Below are positions 50,183-59,937 of a stretch of DNA of 64,000 nt, piece after piece. The stretch comes from Gemmatimonadaceae bacterium (lineage in GTDB: Bacteria; Gemmatimonadota; Gemmatimonadetes; Gemmatimonadales; Gemmatimonadaceae): contig JAUSJA010000037.1 of NCBI GenBank assembly GCA_030647905.1, positions 12,030 to 76,029 on the forward strand. The letters are read 5' to 3'. Under the pieces are notes generated by a model, which worked only from the letters and a program-made list of their open reading frames with translations, did not search any database and was not told where the DNA came from. Each line of letters starts with the position of its first letter. The first letter of the stretch is position 1. The position numbers were made by a program, and so were the translations under genes.

Positions 50183-50210
50183 CATCGGACGATGACAGCG
50201 GAAGATGGTT
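50172..50210. repeat. Perfect 13-bp tandem duplication spanning a stop codon, plus a degenerate third copy
   Basis: TCGGACGATGACA x2 (50172-50184, 50185-50197) then GCGGAAGATGGTT. Confidence 0.85.
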
Positions 50211-50240
50211 ACGATTGGCGGTATTCCCCGGTAATCCGTT

Positions 50241-51188
50241 ATGAACCTGAATTCAAGAACCGCCGTCGTTGCGCTCGGCGGCAATGCCCTCTCTCCACCT
50301 GGCGAGCGATCCACGATAGCCGACCAGTTCCGGCATACGCGTGAAAGTCTCGGACCGATAGTGGATCTCGCGGTCGAAGGCTGGAACCTGTGCATCGTAC
50401 ACGGGAACGGTCCGCAGGTGGGCGACGAGCTGGTGCGGAGCGAAGTGGCGCGCTCGGAGGTTGCTCCGCTGCCGCTCGGCGTCCTCGTCGCCAGCACCGC
50501 CGGGTGGATCGGGTACATGATCCAGCAGTCGGTCGAGAACGCGCTGCGTCTCGCCGGCAATCCGCGCCTCGTGACCACAGTCATCACCCAGGTCGAAGTG
50601 GATCCGGCCGATCCCGCTCTTTCAGAACCGACGAAGTTCATCGGGCACGCCATTCCCGAGGCGAGAGCAGACGCGCTTCGGTCAGAAGGGCATGCGGTGA
50701 AGCGGGATCCCCGCGGGCATCAGAGACGCGTTGTCGGAAGTCCGGCGCCGATCGCGATCCACGAGATCCACGTGATACGCCAGCTCGTTCGCGAGGGCAT
50801 CGTGGTCGTCGCATGCGGAGGCGGCGGCATTCCGGTCTACGCCGACGCGCGTCTCGGCCTCGAGGGGGTGGATGCCGTAGTGGACAAGGATTCCGCCGCG
50901 GCCGTACTCGCAGCCGATCTGGGTGCGGAGCTGTTTCTGATTCTGACCGACGTGAACGCGGTGTACGCCGATTGGGGTCGCGATTCGCAAAGGGCCCTCA
51001 CCAGTCTCTCGGCTGCCGAGGCCGAGAGACTCGACGCGGCTGGCGCCTTTGGCGAGGGCAGCATGGCCCCCAAGGTACGCGCCGCGGTGGAGTATGTGCG
51101 CCGCACCGGCGGACGCGCCGTAATTACGGAGTTGAGCCGCGGTCTGGACGCCGTACACGGACGCGCGGGGACTACCATAGCCCGTTAA
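50241..51188 (+). CDS. arcC: Carbamate kinase
   Basis: VVALGGNAL, HGNGPQVG, EPTKFIG, CGGGGIPV, AVVDKD, GSMAPKV. Confidence 0.93.
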   Translation: MNLNSRTAVVALGGNALSPPGERSTIADQFRHTRESLGPIVDLAVEGWNLCIVHGNGPQVGDELVRSEVARSEVAPLPLGVLVASTAGWIGYMIQQSVENALRLAGNPRLVTTVITQVEVDPADPALSEPTKFIGHAIPEARADALRSEGHAVKRDPRGHQRRVVGSPAPIAIHEIHVIRQLVREGIVVVACGGGGIPVYADARLGLEGVDAVVDKDSAAAVLAADLGAELFLILTDVNAVYADWGRDSQRALTSLSAAEAERLDAAGAFGEGSMAPKVRAAVEYVRRTGGRAVITELSRGLDAVHGRAGTTIAR

Positions 51189-51245
51189 TTTCCATCTTCA
51201 ATAACAGAACCCACCAGCCGCGGTGATCCGCGGAGCGGAGAAAGT

Positions 51246-52388
51246 TTGAACATCCACGAATACCAGGCGAAGGAAATCTTTCGGGATGCCGGCATTCCCA
51301 TCCCGCCTGGCGAAGTCGCGACGACCGCGGCCGAAGCCGAGGCAATCGCCCGCAAGTTTGGCGGTACCGTAGTCGTTAAGGCCCAGGTGCATGCGGGCGG
51401 ACGAGGCAAGGCCGGCGGAGTGAAGCTGGCCAGGTCACCCGAGGAGGCACGAGAGGTCGCCGAGAAGATCCTGAAGCTGACGATCAAGGATCTTCCCGTC
51501 GAGAAGGTGCTCGTCACTCCCGCGGCAGACATCGAGTCGGAGGCGTACGTCGGCATCATCGTGGACCGCGCGTCGAAGCGGGCAGTGTTCATGGTGAGCC
51601 GGGCGGGCGGAATTGACATCGAGGAAGTCGCGGCGAAGACCCCGGAAAAGATCATGCGTCGTCCGGTGGACGCGCGGTACGGCCTGCAGCCCTATGAGGC
51701 GATGCAGATGGGCTTCTTCCTGTACGACGATGTGAAGCAGGCCCGCGCGGCGGCGAAGATCATGCAGCAGCTCTACACGGCGTTCGTGAAGAGCGGCGGT
51801 TCGCTGGCGGAGATCAATCCGCTCGTCACGACCCCAGCCGGCGACATCGTCGCACTCGACGCCAAGATGGTGATTGACGACAACGAGCTCGATCGTCTTC
51901 CAGCCATCGCCGCACTTCGCGACGAGTCTGCCGAAGCGCCGAGCGAGGTCGAGGCGCGCAGGGCGAATCTCACGTTCATCAAGCTCGATGGAAACGTGGG
52001 ATGCGTAGTGAACGGCGCCGGCCTCGCCATGGCCACGATGGATCTTGTGAAATACTACGGCGGAGAGCCGGCGAACTTCCTCGACATCGGCGGATCGTCG
52101 AACCCGGAGAAGGTCGTCAGCGCGCTTCGCATCATCACGGCTGACCCAAGCGTGAAGGCCATCCTGTTCAACATCTTCGGCGGCATCACGCGTACCGATG
52201 ACGTCGCCAACGGCATCGTCACCGCGACAAAGCAGAATCCGCTGAAGGTGCCGATCGTGATCCGCCTCACAGGCACGAACGAGGACATCGCCCTCAGGAT
52301 TCTCCAGGAAAACGGATTCTCGGCCATGACGGACATGGACGAGGCGGTAAAGAAGGCGGTTTCACTGGCGACGGGGAAGGCAGCGTGA
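51246..52388 (+). CDS. sucC: Succinyl-CoA synthetase beta subunit
   Basis: [41 protein letters not shown]. Confidence 0.96.
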   Translation: MNIHEYQAKEIFRDAGIPIPPGEVATTAAEAEAIARKFGGTVVVKAQVHAGGRGKAGGVKLARSPEEAREVAEKILKLTIKDLPVEKVLVTPAADIESEAYVGIIVDRASKRAVFMVSRAGGIDIEEVAAKTPEKIMRRPVDARYGLQPYEAMQMGFFLYDDVKQARAAAKIMQQLYTAFVKSGGSLAEINPLVTTPAGDIVALDAKMVIDDNELDRLPAIAALRDESAEAPSEVEARRANLTFIKLDGNVGCVVNGAGLAMATMDLVKYYGGEPANFLDIGGSSNPEKVVSALRIITADPSVKAILFNIFGGITRTDDVANGIVTATKQNPLKVPIVIRLTGTNEDIALRILQENGFSAMTDMDEAVKKAVSLATGKAA

Positions 52389-53251
52389 GCATTTTCATCG
52401 ACAACGGCACGCGGCTGCTCGTTCAGGGAATCACCGGGCGCGACGGATCGTTCCACACGCGCCAGATGATCGAGTACGGGACACAGGTCGTCGGCGGCGT
52501 GACGCCGGGCAAGGGCGGGCAGAAGTTCGACGGCGCGGTGCCAATCTTCAACACCGTCGCCGACGCAGTGAACGAGACGGGCGCGAACGCGACCGTTATC
52601 TACGTTCCGCCGATGTTCGCGGCCGACGCGATCATGGAGGCCGCTGACGCCGGCGTTTCGTTCATCGTCTGCATCACCGAAGGCGTGCCCGTTCTCGACA
52701 TGACGCGGGTCTATCCGTTCGTTAAGGAGAAGGCGGCCCGCCTCCTCGGCCCCAACTGTCCGGGGTTGATTTCTCCGGGCAAGTCAAAGGTCGGAATCAT
52801 TCCGGGGAATATCTGCACGCCGGGTCCCATCGGGCTCGTGAGCAGGTCGGGAACGCTCACCTACGAGGTCGTCTTCCAGATGACCCGCGCGAGCATGGGG
52901 CAGACGACGTGTGTCGGAATCGGCGGCGATCCGATCAACGGAACGAACTTCATTGATTGCCTTGCGGCGTTCGAAGCCGACCCGGATACGGAAGCCGTCG
53001 TGATGATTGGCGAAATCGGCGGCACCGAGGAGCAGGAAGCGGCGGAGTTCGTGAAGGAGAAGATGACGAAGCGCGTGGTCGGCTTCATCGCGGGACAGAC
53101 CGCTCCGCCAGGGCGTCGCATGGGTCACGCGGGTGCGATCATCTCCGGATCGGCCGGTACCGCCGCGGAGAAAATGCAGGCCTTCGAGGAGAACGGCGTT
53201 GGCGTCGCGAAGCGTCCGATCGATATCGTGCAACTTCTCAGCAGTGTATAA
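52385..53251 (+). CDS. sucD: Succinyl-CoA synthetase alpha subunit
   Basis: [30 protein letters not shown]. Confidence 0.96.
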   Translation: MSIFIDNGTRLLVQGITGRDGSFHTRQMIEYGTQVVGGVTPGKGGQKFDGAVPIFNTVADAVNETGANATVIYVPPMFAADAIMEAADAGVSFIVCITEGVPVLDMTRVYPFVKEKAARLLGPNCPGLISPGKSKVGIIPGNICTPGPIGLVSRSGTLTYEVVFQMTRASMGQTTCVGIGGDPINGTNFIDCLAAFEADPDTEAVVMIGEIGGTEEQEAAEFVKEKMTKRVVGFIAGQTAPPGRRMGHAGAIISGSAGTAAEKMQAFEENGVGVAKRPIDIVQLLSSV

Positions 53252-53274
53252 CTAAATACTTACAGGACATAGAC

Positions 53275-53703
53275 ATGGCTGGAAGCAAGACACTCACGAT
53301 CGTGAAGCCGGACGCGTTCGGGGCGGGCAAGGCCGGGAAGATCATCGCGCACCTCGAGGCGGGCGGATTCAAGATCGTCACCGCCCGCGTGCTTCACATG
53401 AACGAGGCGCAGGCCGAGGCTTTCTACGAGGTCCACAAGGAGCGGCCGTTCTACGGCTCGCTGGTCCGTTTCATGACCTCGGGACCATGCATGCCGATGG
53501 TGCTCGAGAAGTCCGATGCGGTCCTCGGGCTGAGGGAAGCGATCGGCGCGACCGACCCGGCAGAGGCCGCCGAGGGCACGGTGCGGAAGCTGTTTGCGGA
53601 GTCGAAGGAGCGGAACGCGATCCACGCGTCCGATTCGGACGAGAACGCAGAGCGCGAAGCGAGGTTCTTCTTCTCCGACGCCGAGATGATCCAGGCGCGA
53701 TGA
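53275..53703 (+). CDS. ndk: Nucleoside diphosphate kinase
   Basis: TLTIVKPDA, FYEVHKERPF, GATDP, NAIHASDS; ATG 53275. Confidence 0.95.
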   Translation: MAGSKTLTIVKPDAFGAGKAGKIIAHLEAGGFKIVTARVLHMNEAQAEAFYEVHKERPFYGSLVRFMTSGPCMPMVLEKSDAVLGLREAIGATDPAEAAEGTVRKLFAESKERNAIHASDSDENAEREARFFFSDAEMIQAR

Positions 53704-53732
53704 TGCTTCGGCGGCCCCTCACGAGAAAGCGC

Positions 53733-53810
53733 TAACACAGATGGCACAGATGGGGCACAGATGGGGCACAGATGAGCCCAGATGTGCCCATCTGCGCCAT
53801 CTGTGGTTAA
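53733..53810. repeat. Direct-plus-inverted CACAGATG repeat cassette (REP/MITE-like)
   Basis: Four CACAGATG (53736, 53745, 53756, 53767) and one CCAGATG (53778), then inverted CATCTG (53789) and CATCTGTG (53798). Outer ends TAA-CACAGATG / CATCTGTG-GTTA form a terminal inverted repeat. Confidence 0.9.
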
Positions 53811-53887
53811 CCGCACTTGCGAAGCCGGCACCGGGACGAAGGACGCCACTTTTCGGACGCCCATAAGGTCGCTAGCTTTAAAAACTT

Positions 53888-54400
53888 ATGCTGTCGTTTG
53901 ACATCCGTTCACTGGAGTCGCAGGCGGCGCATGTCGATGGGCAGCTCGCACCGGACGATCCGGTCTGGGAAGCCGGTGACGTGCGTCCCTCGAAACCGAT
54001 CCGATTGGAGGGCCGCCTGTCGGCGGCCGGTCCGTCGCGGTTCTATTTCAGTGGTCGGTTCAGCGGGGAGACAGGGGTGCCATGCCGGCGGTGCCTCACC
54101 GATGTGCCCGTTCCAGTCAGCGAGGAGGCGCATTTCATCTTCTCGTCAGAGGGTGAGGACAGTGCGGATGACCCTGACGTCTATCCGTTCGATCCGAACG
54201 GCCGTGACCTCGATCTGCGGCCGGCGCTGCGCGAAGTGTGGCTCCTCATGGTGCCGGGTTTCGTGCTCTGCCGCGAGGACTGCAAGGGATTCTGCCCAAT
54301 CTGCGGGACCGATCTGAACACCGGCACATGCGATTGTGCGCCGGCAACGACTGAAAGCCGTTGGGACACGTTGCGGTCAATCCGCGATCAGCTGCCCTGA
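53888..54400 (+). CDS. yceD: DUF177/YceD family protein
   Basis: CRRCL, LDLRPALRE, LCREDCKGFCPICGTDLN…CDC, RWDTL; precedes rpmF. Confidence 0.9.
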   Translation: MLSFDIRSLESQAAHVDGQLAPDDPVWEAGDVRPSKPIRLEGRLSAAGPSRFYFSGRFSGETGVPCRRCLTDVPVPVSEEAHFIFSSEGEDSADDPDVYPFDPNGRDLDLRPALREVWLLMVPGFVLCREDCKGFCPICGTDLNTGTCDCAPATTESRWDTLRSIRDQLP

Positions 54401-54421
54401 AACTCAACTTGGAAAACAACA

Positions 54422-54604
54422 ATGGCCGTACCAAAGCGCCGCACCTCAAAGAGAAAGAAGCGCGCTCGCAACACGCACAAGACCGCACCAGCCATCGCGA
54501 TCCAGAAATGCCCGCGTTGCCAGAGCATGCGGCGTCCGCATCACGTCTGTGAAGAGTGCGGATACTACGACGGTGAACAGCGAGTAGCCGCCAGGGAAGC
54601 GTAG
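54422..54604 (+). CDS. rpmF: 50S ribosomal protein L32
   Basis: MAVPKRRTSK, CPRC…HHVCEECGYY. Confidence 0.96.
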   Translation: MAVPKRRTSKRKKRARNTHKTAPAIAIQKCPRCQSMRRPHHVCEECGYYDGEQRVAAREA

Positions 54605-54606
54605 AC

Positions 54607-55647
54607 TTGGCGCGGATCGCGTTGGACGCCATGGGGGGCGATTTCGCACCCCGGGCAACTATCGCAGGAGCGCTTCAGGCACTCGATGAGCGGCAGGACG
54701 GTCAGACTGTGCAGCTCGTGGGGCAGACGACAGTCATCGAAAAGCAGCTCGCCGAGCTTCTCAGCGGCGAGCTTGCGCATTGTGCGCATGTCCGCGGCCA
54801 CATCGAGATCGTCGAAGCTCCCGACAACATCGAGATGGCGGAGAAACCGACCGCCGCTCTGCGCAGGAAACCGAACAATCCGATGGCGGTCGGCATCAAG
54901 CTCCAGGTTGACGGCCGGTCCGACGCGTTCGTTTCCGCCGGCAACACGGGCGCACAGATGGCGGTCTCCGCCGTGCTGCTCGGCCTCCACCCGGGGCTCA
55001 AGCGGCCGCCGGTCTCGACCATCCTGCCGACGTCGCGTGAGCCGATCGTATTTCTCGATTCCGGCGCCAACGTGGATTGCTCTGCCGCCGAACTGGTGCA
55101 GTTCGCGTGGCTTGGTGCGATCTACGCTGAATGCGCATTCGGCCGCCCGAATCCGGCCGTTGGCCTTCTCAGCATCGGTGAGGAGGAGTCGAAGGGCAAC
55201 GCCGTATCCAAGGACGCATACCCACTCTTCCGCGATGCCGGCTTCAATTTCCAGGGAAACATCGAGGGACGAGACCTTCCCGCTGGGGCGAGCCACCGCG
55301 GACCGCTCGACGTCGTCGTCTGTGACGGATTCACCGGCAACATCGTGCTCAAGTTCTACGAAGGCGTAATTCCAATGATCCTCGAGATAATGGAGCGCGA
55401 TGCGGAGATCGACATGCCGCGCGTAAGAAAGTCCCTCGGCGCGCTCGATTCGTCGTTATACGGCGGAGCTCCTCTGCTCGGCGTGCGCGGAGTGAGCATG
55501 ATCTGTCACGGAAACTCGACGCCGCGCGCCATCAAGAACGCAATCGGCGCGGCGGTGCGGGCGGTGGAGACGAGAATGAACGAGCGCATCGGCGAGAAAC
55601 TGGCCGCGGTCGAGTCAATGGCGGGCGAGACGAGGACGGCATCATGA
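54607..55647 (+). CDS. plsX: Phosphate acyltransferase
   Basis: IALDAMGGDFAP, VSAGNTGA, DSGANVD, VCDGFTGN, YGGAPLLG. Confidence 0.95.
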   Translation: MARIALDAMGGDFAPRATIAGALQALDERQDGQTVQLVGQTTVIEKQLAELLSGELAHCAHVRGHIEIVEAPDNIEMAEKPTAALRRKPNNPMAVGIKLQVDGRSDAFVSAGNTGAQMAVSAVLLGLHPGLKRPPVSTILPTSREPIVFLDSGANVDCSAAELVQFAWLGAIYAECAFGRPNPAVGLLSIGEEESKGNAVSKDAYPLFRDAGFNFQGNIEGRDLPAGASHRGPLDVVVCDGFTGNIVLKFYEGVIPMILEIMERDAEIDMPRVRKSLGALDSSLYGGAPLLGVRGVSMICHGNSTPRAIKNAIGAAVRAVETRMNERIGEKLAAVESMAGETRTAS

Positions 55648-56633
55648 AGAGACCAATCGCTGCGGTGATGGCGACAGGCCGCGGGATTCCCGGGCACGTG
55701 ATGACGAATTATGACTTCGCGGCCATCGGGATCGAGACGTCGCACGAGTGGATCGTCGAGCGCTCGGGGATCGTCGAGCGCCATATCGCGAAGGAAGGTG
55801 ATACTACCTGCTCCATGGCGGCGACGGCCGCCCGGAAGGCGATGGAGCGGGCGGGCGTTCATCCGGGTCAGCTCGACGCCATCGTGCTCAGCACGGCTAC
55901 TCCCGACCGGTTGCTGCCGGCGACGGCGGTGGACCTGCAGGCGGCGCTCGGCGCATCGCGCGCGGCGGCATTCGACATCGGTGCTGCGTGCTCGGGATGG
56001 CTGTACGGCATGACGGTGGCGGAAGGGTTGATCGCCTCGGGCGTCGCCGAGACGATTCTCGTCGTCGCGTCGGAGAAGATGAGCTCGATCGTGGACTGGA
56101 AGGACCGCGCAACGTGTGTTCTGTTCGGCGACGGAGCGGGCGCCGTGATTCTTCAGCGCTCGCGCACCGGCAGAGGAATTCTTTCCGCGTTCCTGCGGAG
56201 CGACGGGAAGCTGGCGGACCTGCTCTATCGTCCGAGCGGCGGCGCGACGATCCCGATGAGCCCGGAGGTTCTCGCCGAGCGCAGCTACCTCGTGCGAATG
56301 GCCGGCCGCGAAGTGTTCAAGCATGCGGTGCGGTCCATGTCGGAAGCCGCCGATCGCGCGCTCGACGCGGCGCGCCTGACCAGTGCGGACATAGATCTGT
56401 TGATACCGCACCAGGCCAACGTCAGGATAATCGAGGCCACGGCCAAGCATTCCAATATTCCGATGGACAAGGTCTACGTGAACGTTGACCGCTACGGGAA
56501 CACGTCTTCCGCCTCGATTCCCATCGCCATTGATGAGGCCGTCGAAAAGGGAATAATCAATGAAGGCTCGACGGTTCTGCTCGTCGCGTTTGGCGCCGGT
56601 TTCACCTGGGCGTCCATGATCATCCGCTTCTAG
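55644..56633 (+). CDS. fabH: Beta-ketoacyl-ACP synthase III
   Basis: AACSGW, LFGDGAGA, PHQAN, GNTSSAS, FGAGFTW. Confidence 0.95.
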   Translation: MKRPIAAVMATGRGIPGHVMTNYDFAAIGIETSHEWIVERSGIVERHIAKEGDTTCSMAATAARKAMERAGVHPGQLDAIVLSTATPDRLLPATAVDLQAALGASRAAAFDIGAACSGWLYGMTVAEGLIASGVAETILVVASEKMSSIVDWKDRATCVLFGDGAGAVILQRSRTGRGILSAFLRSDGKLADLLYRPSGGATIPMSPEVLAERSYLVRMAGREVFKHAVRSMSEAADRALDAARLTSADIDLLIPHQANVRIIEATAKHSNIPMDKVYVNVDRYGNTSSASIPIAIDEAVEKGIINEGSTVLLVAFGAGFTWASMIIRF

Positions 56634-56636
56634 CAC

Positions 56637-57578
56637 GTGGACGTCGTGCTGCTGTTCCCCGGCCAGGGCTCGCAGAAGCCGGGGATGGGGAAGGATCTCG
56701 CCGATGCATTTCCCGGGGCGCGCCGCGTTTTCGAGGAAGTGGACGAGGCGATCGGCATGTCGCTGAGCACGTTGTGCTTCGAAGGACCGGCCGACGACCT
56801 GACCGCGACGCTCAACGCGCAGCCCGCGCTGCTCGCGCACGGAGCAGCGGTGTGGTCCATCGTGAAAGCGAGACTTGGCGCTTCCGTCCGTGCGGCCGCC
56901 GGCCACTCTCTCGGGGAGCATACTGCATATCACGCCGCAGGCTCGACAACGCTCGCCGATGCTGCGCGGCTGGTGAGACGCCGCGGGCAGTTGATGTACG
57001 AGACCGGAGTGACGCGTCCGGGCGCAATGGCCGCCGTTCTCGGCAAGCTCGACGACTCGATCGAATCGCTCTGCGAGCTCGCCACGCGGAGCGCCGGCCT
57101 CGTCGTGCCGGCAAATTACAACACCGCGGAGCAGATCGTGGTGTCGGGCGAGGTCGCCGGAGTAGAGAAGCTGATGGGGCTGGCAATGCTGAACGGAGCC
57201 AGGCGAGCAGTGCGGCTGCCGGTGAGCGGGGCATTCCATTCGCCGCTCATGGAGCCGGCGGTTGCCGGATTCAGCGAAGCCGTCGCGGCTACCGAGTTCG
57301 GCGAGCCGGCATTTCCGGTCTATTCGAACGTTACCGAGGAGCCTTCGTCATCGGCGGCCGACGCGCGCGACCTACTGGTACGCCAGCTCACGTCGCCAGT
57401 TCGCTGGACCGGTGAGATCACGCGCATGGCGGCATTGTATCCCGATGCGCTGTACGTTGAGATGGGGCCTGGCAACGTTCTCACCGGCCTCCTGACTCGC
57501 ATCGTGCCGTCAGCGAGGGGCCTGGCTTGCGGGACGACCGCCGAAATCGAGAAACTCTTCAACCAGCTGGCGGCATGA
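56637..57578 (+). CDS. fabD: Malonyl-CoA:ACP transacylase
   Basis: FPGQGSQ, GHSLGE, VSGAFHSPLM, SPVRW. Confidence 0.95.
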   Translation: MDVVLLFPGQGSQKPGMGKDLADAFPGARRVFEEVDEAIGMSLSTLCFEGPADDLTATLNAQPALLAHGAAVWSIVKARLGASVRAAAGHSLGEHTAYHAAGSTTLADAARLVRRRGQLMYETGVTRPGAMAAVLGKLDDSIESLCELATRSAGLVVPANYNTAEQIVVSGEVAGVEKLMGLAMLNGARRAVRLPVSGAFHSPLMEPAVAGFSEAVAATEFGEPAFPVYSNVTEEPSSSAADARDLLVRQLTSPVRWTGEITRMAALYPDALYVEMGPGNVLTGLLTRIVPSARGLACGTTAEIEKLFNQLAA

Positions 57579-58312
57579 ACATAGACCTGACAGGAAAGAC
57601 GGCCGTAGTCACCGGGAGCACGCGTGGAATCGGGCGTGCGGTTGCCACTGCGTTGGCGGCGAGCGGAGCGCGCGTCGCCGTAGTGGGACGCGATCGTGAA
57701 AAAGCCGCCGTCGTTGCCGCGGAGATTGGGAAAGGCGCCGCGGCGTTCGCGTGCGACGTCAGCGACACTGCATCCGTCGCCACGCTGATCTCGGACGTGG
57801 AGAAGGAATTCGGCGGCATTGACATCCTCGTCAACAACGCCGGTCTCACACGCGACAATCTGGTCATGCGGCTCAAGGACGAAGACTGGGACGTTGTCCT
57901 CAACACTAATCTTCGCGGCGCCTTCGCCGCTATTCGCGCCGTGTCGCGCGGCATGATGAAGAAGCGCTCAGGACGCATCATCAACATGGCGAGCGTTGTC
58001 GGGCTCAACGGCAACAAGGGGCAGGCAAACTACGCGGCGAGCAAGGCCGGTCTCATCGCGCTCACCAAGTCGGTCGCGAAGGAGCTCGGATCGCGGAACA
58101 TCCTCGTCAACGCGATCGCTCCCGGGTTCATCGAGACCGAGATGACGGCGGCGATGACTCCCGAGGCGCGCAGCGCGCTCAACGGGCTGATTCCGCTCGA
58201 GCGCCTCGGCCGCCCGGAGGACGTTGCTGCGGCAGTAGTGTTCCTGGCTTCGGATCACGCGTCCTACATCACCGGCCAGGTGATCGTCGTGGACGGCGGC
58301 ATGGTGATGTAA
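57575..58312 (+). CDS. fabG: 3-oxoacyl-ACP reductase
   Basis: TGSTRGIG, NNAGLTRD, YAASK, APGFIET, VDGGM. Confidence 0.95.
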   Translation: MNIDLTGKTAVVTGSTRGIGRAVATALAASGARVAVVGRDREKAAVVAAEIGKGAAAFACDVSDTASVATLISDVEKEFGGIDILVNNAGLTRDNLVMRLKDEDWDVVLNTNLRGAFAAIRAVSRGMMKKRSGRIINMASVVGLNGNKGQANYAASKAGLIALTKSVAKELGSRNILVNAIAPGFIETEMTAAMTPEARSALNGLIPLERLGRPEDVAAAVVFLASDHASYITGQVIVVDGGMVM

Positions 58313-58401
58313 ACCCGGCCGCAACAGAGGGCACGTAACTTTCTGGCATCACATCGGTTAACTATATTTCCCCAACTCACCACAGACACGAGGACAACAT
58401 C

Positions 58402-58641
58402 ATGGCCGATAACTCGGAGAAGGTTAAGGACATCATCGAGAAAGAGCTCGGAGTAGAGCGCGAGAAGCTCACCAACGAGGCGAGCTTCATCGAGGACCTG
58501 GGCGCCGACAGCCTTGATATCGTCGAGCTGGTCATGGAGTTCGAGAAGGAGTTCAACATCGACATCCCGGACGAGGACGCGGAAAAGCTCCGCACTGTCG
58601 GTGACGCTCTCGGCTATCTCAACAGCAAGATTCCCGCGTAA
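58402..58641 (+). CDS. acpP: Acyl carrier protein
   Basis: [14 protein letters not shown] phosphopantetheine site. Confidence 0.97.
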   Translation: MADNSEKVKDIIEKELGVEREKLTNEASFIEDLGADSLDIVELVMEFEKEFNIDIPDEDAEKLRTVGDALGYLNSKIPA

Positions 58642-59885
58642 TGAAGCGAAGGGTCGTCGTCACGGGGATGGGAGCCGTGACGCCTGTCGGCAACGACGTG
58701 GCGACGATGTGGCGCTCTCTCATCGAGGGGCGCTCGGGTGCCGCACCGATCACGCATTTCGACGCAAGCACCTTCGACGTCCGCTTTGCCTGCGAGGTGA
58801 AGGGATTCGATGCCCTTCAGTATATGGACAAGAAGGAAGCGAAGCGAGCCGATCAGTTCTCTCAGTACGCTGTCGCCGCCTCGAAGCAGGCGATGGACGA
58901 TGCTGGATTCGGCGACGGGACCGGATACGACCCCTTCAACACCGGTGTCATCATCGGCAGCGGCATCGGCGGCCTCAAGATCTTCGAGGAGCAGCACGAC
59001 GTCTACCGTCAGCGCGGCCCGAGCAAGATCTCTCCCTTCTTCATCCCGATGTTCATCTCCGACATTGCCGCCGGAATCGTGTCCATGCAATGGGGCGCGA
59101 AGGGTCCCAACTACGCGACGGTATCCGCGTGCGCAACGAGCGCTCACGCGATCGGTGATGCATACCGGACGATCCAGTACGGCGACGCCGACGTGATGAT
59201 CACGGGCGGAGCGGAAGCGACAGTGACGCCGATGGCCGTGGGTGGATTCTCCAACATGAAGGCGCTATCCGAGCGGAACGATTCGCCGGAGACTGCGTCG
59301 CGGCCGTTCGATGCGACCCGCGATGGCTTCGTGATGGGTGAAGGCGGCGCTGTTCTGATCCTCGAGGAACTGGAGCACGCGCGGAAGCGCGGCGCGAACA
59401 TCTACTCCGAGATCGTCGGGTATGGCGCGACCGGAGACGCGTATCACCTGACGGCTCCCGCGCCGCAGGGAGAAGGCGCTCAGCGGGCCATGAAGCGCGC
59501 GCTAAAGGATGCCTGCCTTACACCGGCCGACGTGCAGTACATCAACGCGCACGGCACGTCCACGCCAGCCAACGATCTCAACGAATCGCTCGCCATTAAG
59601 GCGGTGTTCGGCGAGCATGCGGCGGGCGTGAGCGTCAGCTCGACAAAATCGGCGACCGGACACATGCTCGGCGCGGCGGGAGCAGTCGAGCTGGTCATCA
59701 GTACGCTCGCGATCAAACACGGCCTCATCCCGCCGACGATCAACTATCAGACGCCGGACCCAGAGTGTGACCTCGACTACACGCCGAACAAGGCGGTAGG
59801 GAGGGACATCACGGCCGTGCTGAGCAACAGCTTCGGCTTCGGCGGCCACAACACGACGCTCGCGGTCCAGCGGTACACGGACTGA
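58641..59885 (+). CDS. fabF: Beta-ketoacyl-ACP synthase II
   Basis: SACATSA, DAYHLTAP, NAHGTST, STKSATGHMLGA, SNSFGFGG. Confidence 0.96.
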   Translation: MKRRVVVTGMGAVTPVGNDVATMWRSLIEGRSGAAPITHFDASTFDVRFACEVKGFDALQYMDKKEAKRADQFSQYAVAASKQAMDDAGFGDGTGYDPFNTGVIIGSGIGGLKIFEEQHDVYRQRGPSKISPFFIPMFISDIAAGIVSMQWGAKGPNYATVSACATSAHAIGDAYRTIQYGDADVMITGGAEATVTPMAVGGFSNMKALSERNDSPETASRPFDATRDGFVMGEGGAVLILEELEHARKRGANIYSEIVGYGATGDAYHLTAPAPQGEGAQRAMKRALKDACLTPADVQYINAHGTSTPANDLNESLAIKAVFGEHAAGVSVSSTKSATGHMLGAAGAVELVISTLAIKHGLIPPTINYQTPDPECDLDYTPNKAVGRDITAVLSNSFGFGGHNTTLAVQRYTD

Positions 59886-59937
59886 CGCGATGCGCGCTCC
59901 AGGCGGACCGCCTGATCGCACAACCTCGCGACACCCG

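Noticed and set aside
53733-53810. CRISPR array
   Set aside because: Units are 7-8 nt with 1-4-nt linkers, there are no unique spacers and no cas genes; the structure is direct plus inverted.
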